From an uncultured Alphaproteobacteria bacterium (GTDB taxonomy: Bacteria; Pseudomonadota; Alphaproteobacteria; Sphingomonadales; Sphingomonadaceae), in the NCBI GenBank assembly GCA_963844355.1, contig CAWJNY010000007.1, forward strand, positions 498,730-562,729: DNA of 64,000 nt. Reading direction: 5' to 3'. The notes under the pieces were generated by a model. That model did no database searches. It was not told where the DNA came from and worked only from the letters and a program-made list of their open reading frames with translations. The position numbers and the translations under genes are program-made. The first letter of the stretch is position 1; each line of letters starts with the position of its first letter. Below, in pieces: positions 56,768 to 64,000 of this stretch.

Positions 56768-57796
56768 CTATACCTTCGCTCGCAGGATGCATTTGTCGAG
56801 CTTTGGCTGCAGCGCTCGAAGCTTGATCACTGTGCGTCCAAGCTGCGCGTTCGGCACAGCTGCGAGGCTTCGTTGCGCCGCCGTCAGGTTTAGCAGTCGT
56901 ACCACTGGCGTCGGCTGTCCGGAAACACCGTCTGCCGCAGGCGGCGGTTGGTCGGCAACGGCGGGCGCCGCTGCCGAAACGGCCTCCTTTGCCTCCTGTC
57001 CGGCTACCGCGGGATCATCAGGGGCAGCGGCTTCGTCCTCGGCTTCTTCCTTGTTGAGTTTCTCCAGCTCGGCGATCACCCCAGACGCGTCGAATGGGCT
57101 GCCGGCGGCGCTCAGTCGCTGAGCGGTGACTCGCTCAACGGCGAACAAGGCGGTTCGAACCATCTCGAAATATTGCCGCTCGGAGGAAACGTAAACCTCG
57201 GGCTCCCCGTCGTCGTCTACCACTCCTGCGACGCTCGGTGCCGCGTGCGGCGGCGCATCTCCAGTATCCGCACCTGCACCCGCAGCTTCCTGCGCCTCAC
57301 TCAACTTCTTGAGCGTGAAGGGATCGACGCCCACGGCCTCGTTCTGAATGCACAGGAATGCATCCAGTGCGTCGTTGAACACAACTGCCTTATCCTTCGG
57401 CGCATAATAGGACTTGCCCTGGTTGAGCGCTGCGCTCGCTGCGCCCGTACCTATGGCCACTCCTGCGGGCGCTCCGAAAGCAGCGGCCGCCGCACCACCC
57501 GCAGTAGAAAGGAAGCCAGGCACCTCAAAGAACTGGCGCCCCTCGGCCGCCCGGTCCGACTGGCAACGATATGTCAGGACGAAATTGTTGATGAGCAGTA
57601 GAGCGCCATCGGTGTCGCGTCGGATTGACTGCGCGTTGGGGTCGTTGAAGTTGGGTGTGCAGACCGCATTGAATGAAGTCTGGGCACGCGTGAACGTCAA
57701 TTCCCTGTCCATCTTGACGATGGGCGGAGCAAAGCTGGTCACCGCGCAACCGGAAGCCACGAACAAAGCACTGGATGCAAACAGAACGCGCCGCAT
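56768..57796 (-). CDS. Hypothetical lipoprotein
   Basis: Lipobox VASGC; intact 342-aa ORF; no recognised family. Confidence 0.75.
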   Translation of the reverse strand: MRRVLFASSALFVASGCAVTSFAPPIVKMDRELTFTRAQTSFNAVCTPNFNDPNAQSIRRDTDGALLLINNFVLTYRCQSDRAAEGRQFFEVPGFLSTAGGAAAAAFGAPAGVAIGTGAASAALNQGKSYYAPKDKAVVFNDALDAFLCIQNEAVGVDPFTLKKLSEAQEAAGAGADTGDAPPHAAPSVAGVVDDDGEPEVYVSSERQYFEMVRTALFAVERVTAQRLSAAGSPFDASGVIAELEKLNKEEAEDEAAAPDDPAVAGQEAKEAVSAAAPAVADQPPPAADGVSGQPTPVVRLLNLTAAQRSLAAVPNAQLGRTVIKLRALQPKLDKCILRAKV

Positions 57797-58058
57797 CGAT
57801 CCCTCCCCTTCGGAGCGATTCGGCCATGCCAGTATACGAAAATTTAATGCCGACCCAAGAGGGCAGGTGAAGTTTCGAGTTTGCGGTGACCGTGCGGTTT
57901 ACGGTGGCAGTGCACCAAGTTTCCGCCCGCGCCCCCGCTCATGCGCCGGGAATCTTGCTGCGTCCCAGGCGGATCAGTGTATAGCGCTCCTGACGAAGTC
58001 GCCGCGTCCCCGCGCCTCCGCCCAGTCCTTCCCACTGGCATCTCGGAGAATTGCGCGC

Positions 58059-58868
58059 ATGTCCAACACCGTCCTGCTCATCCACGGCGCCTGGCTCAAT
58101 TCGCGCAGCTGGGACGCGGTCAAGGCGCGTTACGAGGCGAAGGGGTTCACCGTCGTCGCGCCCGACTGGCCCTACGACGACCGCTCGCCCGAAGAGCTGC
58201 GCGCCGAGCCGGACGAGAAGCTCGCCGGCCTCGGCATCGCCGAGATCCTCGACCATTATCAACGCATCATCGGCGAGTGCCCGGAGGAACCGATCCTGAT
58301 CGGCCATTCGGCCGGCGGCGTGTGGGTCCAGCACCTGCTGAACCGCGGCCTCGGGGTCGCCGGCGTCGCGATCGATCCCGCCCCGACGCCCGGCGTCCGG
58401 CTGGGGCCGCACGCGGTCGTGTCGGCGCTGCCGGTCTTCTTCGACTGGGGCAGCTGGAAGAAGGTCGAGACGATGTCGCGCGACTATTTCCGCAACCGCT
58501 TCGCCCAGCTGGTGCCGGAGGACCAGGCGGACGCCCTCTACGACGAGTATATCGTGCCGACGCCCGGCAAGATCTGGTGGGACGGGATCGTCAATGCGAC
58601 GCCGATCCGCTGGGACAATCCGGACCGGGCGCCTCTGCTCCTGATCGGCGGCGAGCTCGACCTCATCGCCGACGCCAGCATGACCCAGGCGATCTACGAG
58701 AAGCAGAAGCAGGCGCCCTCGCTGACCGAGCTCAAGATCTTCCCCGGCCGCTCGCACTGGACCCTGCTCGATCCCGGCTGGGAGGAAGTCGCCGACTATG
58801 CGCTGGACTGGGCGGTAGCGAACGCTCGCCCGGCCCGGGCGAAGGTGGAAGCAGCCGCGGTGGAATAG
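58059..58868 (+). CDS. Alpha/beta hydrolase
   Basis: LIHGAW, IGHSAGG, GRSH catalytic His. Confidence 0.92.
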   Translation: MSNTVLLIHGAWLNSRSWDAVKARYEAKGFTVVAPDWPYDDRSPEELRAEPDEKLAGLGIAEILDHYQRIIGECPEEPILIGHSAGGVWVQHLLNRGLGVAGVAIDPAPTPGVRLGPHAVVSALPVFFDWGSWKKVETMSRDYFRNRFAQLVPEDQADALYDEYIVPTPGKIWWDGIVNATPIRWDNPDRAPLLLIGGELDLIADASMTQAIYEKQKQAPSLTELKIFPGRSHWTLLDPGWEEVADYALDWAVANARPARAKVEAAAVE

Positions 58869-59009
58869 CTTCGGGAGCACGGCGTTGCATCGCCGGCCGC
58901 CAATCGGCAGCCGCCGCTCGTTATCTCCCGTTCATGCGTCTTATCCGGCTACTACGCGTTGATACCCTGAACTCCCCGGCGTTTTCTGGCGGAGAAGAAG
59001 GAAATTTCC

Positions 59010-59625
59010 ATGATTCGCACGACCATGTTCCTGGTCGCCGGCGCGGTCGGCCTCGCCGCCGCCGTGCCCGCCGCAGCGCAAACTCCCTACCAATATCCCT
59101 ACCCGCAGCAGACTTATCGCGCAGGCCTACCCGCAGCAGGCCTACCCGCAGCAGGGCTACCCGCAGCCGGGCTATGCCAATCCGCAACAGGGCCAGAACG
59201 TCGTCAACCAGATGATCGGCCAGCTGCTCGGCAACCGCTACCAGGCAAACGACCGTTATGCGGTCGAGCGCTGCGCCACCGCCGCCATGGCCCAGGCCAG
59301 CGCGCAATATCGCCCCAACCAATACGGCCAGGGCTATGGCAACCCCAACCAAGGCTACGGCTATGGGAACCAGGGTTACTATCCCGCCAACATGCGCGTG
59401 ACCGCCGTCACCGAAGTGCGGCGCCGTAACAATAGCGTCCGCGTCTCCGGCCTGCTCGACAGCCGGGGCGGCTATGGCCAGCCCTACGGCAACGCCTACG
59501 GCTATCAGGGCCAGGGCTATGCCGGCCAAGGCGATCTCACCTTCCGCTGCAACGTCGATTATCGCGGCGCGGTCAGCAATGTCCGGGTGACCCGCAACCG
59601 CGCCGCCTACAACCGCGGCTACTAA
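59010..59625 (+). CDS. Secreted Tyr/Gly/Gln-rich hypothetical protein (frameshift ~59117)
   Basis: Signal peptide, YPQQ repeats, AVERC...FRCNVDYRG.V domain. Confidence 0.75.
59100..59175 (+). repeat. 15-bp coding tandem repeat (YPQQx)
   Basis: TACCCGCAGC(A/C)Gnnn, about 4-5 copies. Confidence 0.8.
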
Positions 59626-59858
59626 GTCAAATGATGCCGGGCGCGCGGCTCAACAGGTCGCGCGCCCCTCCGGCCATCGCCATGACGGGCTTGCCCCAAT
59701 AGCTTTTATTGCACCCTCTCGGGGGAAACGGCAGTGGCGACCGGCTTGACGCAGCGACCCGCTGTGGGTTGGCTGCGAATGACCACCTGCCCGCTGGCGC
59801 CCGGCCTCTTAATCCCCTAGCCTTTGGGTTCAGAGATCGCATTCAGAGGAACTCGACC

Positions 59859-59972
59859 ATGGCCAAGGGACAGAAGAAATCCAACAAGGAAATCCGCAAG
59901 CCGAAGCAGACCAAGACCAAGGGCAATGCCGCGGCCCCATCGGCGAAGGGCCTCGGACCGAAGGCGAGCTAG
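59859..59972 (+). CDS. Small basic protein (37 aa)
   Basis: GAGGA RBS; MAKGQKKSNKEIRKPKQ, a Lys-rich small-protein type. Confidence 0.7.
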   Translation: MAKGQKKSNKEIRKPKQTKTKGNAAAPSAKGLGPKAS

Positions 59973-60092
59973 AACGGATCTAGCCCGGCGGCATGGCGGG
60001 CCCTGGCCTCGCCTGCCGTCCGACGCAGCCAAGGACGATGTTTCGCGGCAACCGCTTCCATCTCCCGCCTGGCCAGCGTCAATTTCGACATG

Positions 60093-60659
60093 TCACCGGC
60101 CCACCCCGGCATATCCCAGCACCGCGACCAGCGGATATTGCACCACCAGCAGGAGCAGCAGGGTCAAATTGATCCGCCTGCCCGGCGCGAACATCGCGGC
60201 GCCCAGAGCGGGAATGAACAGGAGCAGCGACCATCGGTTGACCGCGCCCTCCAGCGGCTCCGCGCCCAGCGCCAGCAATGCGGCGATGGCGATCAGGTTG
60301 CACAGCATGACACCGCCCAGCACCCACTGGCGGTGCTCGAAATAATAGGCGTCGAAGTCGGGCCATTCGTCGAGGTCGTAGGGAAAGGTGATGCGCGCGA
60401 CGAGGTAATAGAGACCCATCACGATCAGCCCCCCGAGCAGGCTGACATAGTGCGCGGGAACCAGCTCCCGCACCGACCAGGCGACCATCCAGAAGCTGGT
60501 GAGATCAAGCGCCACCAGCGCTCCCAGCATCGGCGTCAGCCAACCGATGCGCACTTTCCTGCGCGATTGGATCGCCCTTCCGAAGCCGCCCAACACCTCC
60601 GCCAGGCCGAGCCCGAGCAGCAGGCCAAACAGCGAAAAGACGAGTTCGAAATTGGTCAT
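60093..60659 (-). CDS. Hypothetical membrane protein
   Basis: MTNFELVFSLFGLLLGL; multiple TM segments; GGGAGG RBS. Confidence 0.8.
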   Translation of the reverse strand: MTNFELVFSLFGLLLGLGLAEVLGGFGRAIQSRRKVRIGWLTPMLGALVALDLTSFWMVAWSVRELVPAHYVSLLGGLIVMGLYYLVARITFPYDLDEWPDFDAYYFEHRQWVLGGVMLCNLIAIAALLALGAEPLEGAVNRWSLLLFIPALGAAMFAPGRRINLTLLLLLVVQYPLVAVLGYAGVGR

Positions 60660-60773
60660 GGGCGCCCCCTCCCGGTTGCTTCATGGCCCCAATACTAGGA
60701 CCAGGTCCAGCCGCTGGCCGCTGCGGTCGAACCGGCCTATAGGCGGAGGCAGTCCGACACCGGGGAGGACGCC

Positions 60774-60863
60774 ATGCGCCCGATCGCCAATTTCACGGTC
60801 CACGCGGTACTCGCCGCCGCAATTGCCGCGCTCGCCACCACCAGCGCGGCCGGCAGCTTTTAG
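60774..60863 (+). CDS. Putative 29-aa hydrophobic peptide
   Basis: GGGGAGG RBS 5 bp before ATG; MRPIANFTVHAVLAAAIAALATTSAAGSF*; fills an otherwise empty gap. Confidence 0.45.
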   Translation: MRPIANFTVHAVLAAAIAALATTSAAGSF

Positions 60864-60869
60864 CCGGTC

Positions 60870-61379
60870 TTAGGCGCGCGGCGCGGCGAGAACGGCGCAG
60901 GCGATGCGATCGCCGCTGTTGCCGCTCGGGTCTGTCCGATAGTCGTCGGGCCCGGCATGGATCATCAGGCTGGTGCCATCCGCGTCCGCAAGCGAACCGC
61001 CGGTCACCAGGAAATTGATCGCCCCGCGGCCGTTGGCGCTGCCGGTAAGATTGGGCAGGTCGCCGGCGTGCGCGCCTTGCGGGTTCAGATGCCCGTGCTG
61101 TCGCCCCGCCGGGTTCCAATGCGCGCCGGCGCTTTGGAATGCAGGGCCGTCGCATCGCCCGACCGCATGCAGGTGAAGTCCATGATCGCCAGGCGGCAGG
61201 CCCTCCGCCGCGATCCGGAGATAGTTGCCTCCCCCGCGCGGTTCCACCTGGACTGCCCCGATGGAGGCGCCGGCGCCATTGACCAGCGGCACCGAGGGCC
61301 CGCTGATCGGGCCGAGCTCATCGGGCAGGGCGCAAGCCGCCAGCAGGGTCGGCAGGGCGAATATCATTAGCGGACGCAT
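60870..61379 (-). CDS. sodC: Cu/Zn superoxide dismutase family lipoprotein
   Basis: HGLHLH, SAGAHWNP, HAGDLPNL, IHAGPDD, GNSGDRIAC. Confidence 0.93.
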   Translation of the reverse strand: MRPLMIFALPTLLAACALPDELGPISGPSVPLVNGAGASIGAVQVEPRGGGNYLRIAAEGLPPGDHGLHLHAVGRCDGPAFQSAGAHWNPAGRQHGHLNPQGAHAGDLPNLTGSANGRGAINFLVTGGSLADADGTSLMIHAGPDDYRTDPSGNSGDRIACAVLAAPRA

Positions 61380-61382
61380 GAC

Positions 61383-61801
61383 TCACTCCTCGAAAGCGAT
61401 CACCACCCGCCGGTTCTGCACTTCGCGGACTCCGTCTTCGGTGGGAACCAGCGGCTGATCCTCTCCGAACGAGGCGACGCTTATCGCGTTCCGCGGGATC
61501 CCGCGCTTTTCCAGTTCGGCGCGGACAGTTTGCGCTCGCGATAGCCCGGCCAAGCGGTTGACCGCCGCGCCGCCCGACCGGTCGGTGTGGCCGGCAAGGC
61601 GCAGGTGGGCGCCCGGCTTGAGCGATAGGCCTCGGCGACCTGGTCGAGAACAGCTCTGGTCGTCGCTTCGGACGTCGGGCTTGCCCCAATCGAAGAAGAC
61701 CATGAGAGGCGGCGACGGAGGTGCGGATGGCTTGCTGCGGCCTCCGCATGCGCCGTCAGACCGCAACGATCATCGCGATCGCCAATATACGCATCCGCCA
61801 C
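61383..61801 (-). CDS. OmpA C-terminal domain protein (frameshifted)
   Basis: VFFDWG, AGHTDRSG, SFGE.QPLVPTEDGVREVQNRRV. Confidence 0.88.
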
Positions 61802-61852
61802 TCCCAGCCAATCACCACCGGATTAGGGGGCGCCGGTTCCGTCGGCAACGCG

Positions 61853-61898
61853 CAAAAAGAAACCCCGGGAAGGCCGAAGCCTGCCCGGGGTAACTTTT
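61853..61898. terminator. Intrinsic terminator after the outer-membrane protein gene
   Basis: AAAAAGAAACCCCGGG.AGGC-cgaa-GCCT.CCCGGGGT hairpin; T-run on the minus strand. Confidence 0.75.
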
Positions 61899-61914
61899 AG
61901 CCTAGCCTCTTGGC

Positions 61915-62746
<832 letters not shown>

Positions 62747-62902
62747 AGAAATATCCCCTTTCACTTGCGTTCCGAGAACAGAACTGCCCGAACACATTAT
62801 GAGAGGGCCGGTTGCCGTGCAAGCTTGCAAATGCTCGTCCTGTTGCCCAAAAGCCGCACAATTCTCCGTATCTCTCGGAAACAGGCGCTCGCAGGATGCC
62901 AA

Positions 62903-63397
62903 TTAGCCGATCAGCCCGTGGGCTCGCATCGCGCTCAGAATCTGCCCCACGGCAACCCGGCATTCGCTGTCGACCATGGTACCTCCCGACGGATCGCCAA
63001 TCGCGGACTGCCGATTGCGCACCACCGTCACGTCGTCGATCCGCACCTCCTGTGCGCGGAGAATGCCCGTTTCCCACGCGCCGTAAAGGCGACTGACGAT
63101 CTCGCCGCTGGCGCGGTCCAGCAGGCTCATCCCGTCCACTGGCGATACAAACCGCCAGCCGCCCTCGCTGAAGCAAGCCAACCTTCCGTCGTGCCCGGCC
63201 CAGTCTCCCGTTCCACCGGCCGCGACGAGATAGCAGCTGCCGATTGTCGGACTTAGCGGCGGCGTGGGCGAAGCCGTCCCCTCGACGACTGGACAGAGCA
63301 ACATGTCGATCCTTTGCAACGCCTCGTTGTGGAAAAGCTCCTTCTGCATCTGTCCGGGTGCCAGATACGGCAATGCGAACCGCGCGGTTTGATCCAT
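62903..63397 (-). CDS. DUF2793 family protein (GTA/phage-tail associated)
   Basis: RFALPYLAPGQMQKELFHNEAL, GDWAGHDG..A....GGWRF. Confidence 0.88.
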   Translation of the reverse strand: MDQTARFALPYLAPGQMQKELFHNEALQRIDMLLCPVVEGTASPTPPLSPTIGSCYLVAAGGTGDWAGHDGRLACFSEGGWRFVSPVDGMSLLDRASGEIVSRLYGAWETGILRAQEVRIDDVTVVRNRQSAIGDPSGGTMVDSECRVAVGQILSAMRAHGLIG

Positions 63398-63407
63398 GTC
63401 CGACCTT

Positions 63408-64000
63408 TCAGAGAGTGAGCGCGGCCCTGGCCGCGTGCGACATGGCTGCCAGACCAAGCGTTGCTACCGATAGGCTGATGACTTGCCCGGCCACGCCGGG
63501 AATTTGCCCCGGCCCGAGCACCAGCGAACGACTGGAGGTTTCAACGATGGTTTGGCCGCCCGGGCCCTCGACGGTGACACGGTAGAGTTCGGGAAAAACA
63601 TCCGCACCGTCACCAACGCCGTCCATCCATGCCCATTGTCGGTGGCTGCGCCTGGTCCAGCGGACAAGGATGCCGCTGCCTTCCGTGAGCGCCTTGAGAT
63701 GACAGGGGGATGGAGGGCGCAACGCTTCCCCGCTGATCAAGCGGCTCACCTGCGGCAATGGTGCGGCATCGCCGATGCCGTGCGCAACTGCGGTCAGGAC
63801 AGCGCCGACCGCACCGACGGTCATGGGCGCAGAGCCAAGTCTGCTGGGTCGATCACGCAGAACGCTTCTCCGACGCTATGCGTCGCGGCCGCCCACTCCG
63901 TGCCACGCCGGCCTCGGAGCAGCCTGGAAAGCCGGAATAGACCCGGCGCCAACTGTTCGGCGCGGCCGAACTGGATCAGCTCATCGCCGACCAGTGCGAA
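63408..64000 (-). CDS. C-terminal part of a GTA/phage tail host-specificity protein (partial, frameshifted)
   Basis: GDELIQFG.AEQL..G..RL..LLRG.RG.E and VRWTRRS...W.DG motifs; directly upstream of DUF2793. Confidence 0.8.

Noticed and set aside
57885..57918. GGTGACCGTGCGGTTTACGGTGGCAGTGCACC dyad as a transposon end
   Set aside because: Single degenerate copy with no transposase or partner end identified.
59100..59175. Short direct repeats as a CRISPR array
   Set aside because: 15-bp coding YPQQ repeats with no unique spacers, and no cas genes in the window.

Overview
GC-rich alphaproteobacterial chromosome segment, most likely Sphingomonadaceae, judging from gene content and order (atpHAGDC, cpdR-tRNA-Val, queA/tgt, coaD-ispA-xseB, DUF1192-clpA, uvrA, and the end of a GTA-like tail cluster). 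Many conserved genes are broken by 1-bp indels, including atpA, atpG, clpA and uvrA. These are best explained as long-read consensus errors, so such genes are annotated as single CDSs with approximate ends. The most notable structure is a ~2.6-kb integrase-less islet at ~29011-31632, inserted inside the 3' end of queA. The old queA tail lies orphaned at 28891-29010 and the gene is completed by a diverged replacement tail. The islet also carries the 3' 49 nt of tRNA-Thr(CGT), whose anticodon-loop sequence (TTCGTAATG) recurs exactly at the queA junction. Its only cargo is a TIR-TolB-like-TPR gene interrupted by two in-frame TAG codons in the same sequence context. Other points of interest are two homologous unannotated small proteins, each divergent from a different regulator; a TRASH/YHS-like mini-gene inside the atp operon; and an alpha-r8 (suhB/MmgR/GsrN)-like sRNA. 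All calls come from reading the sequence and recalling family motifs; no database searches were run.
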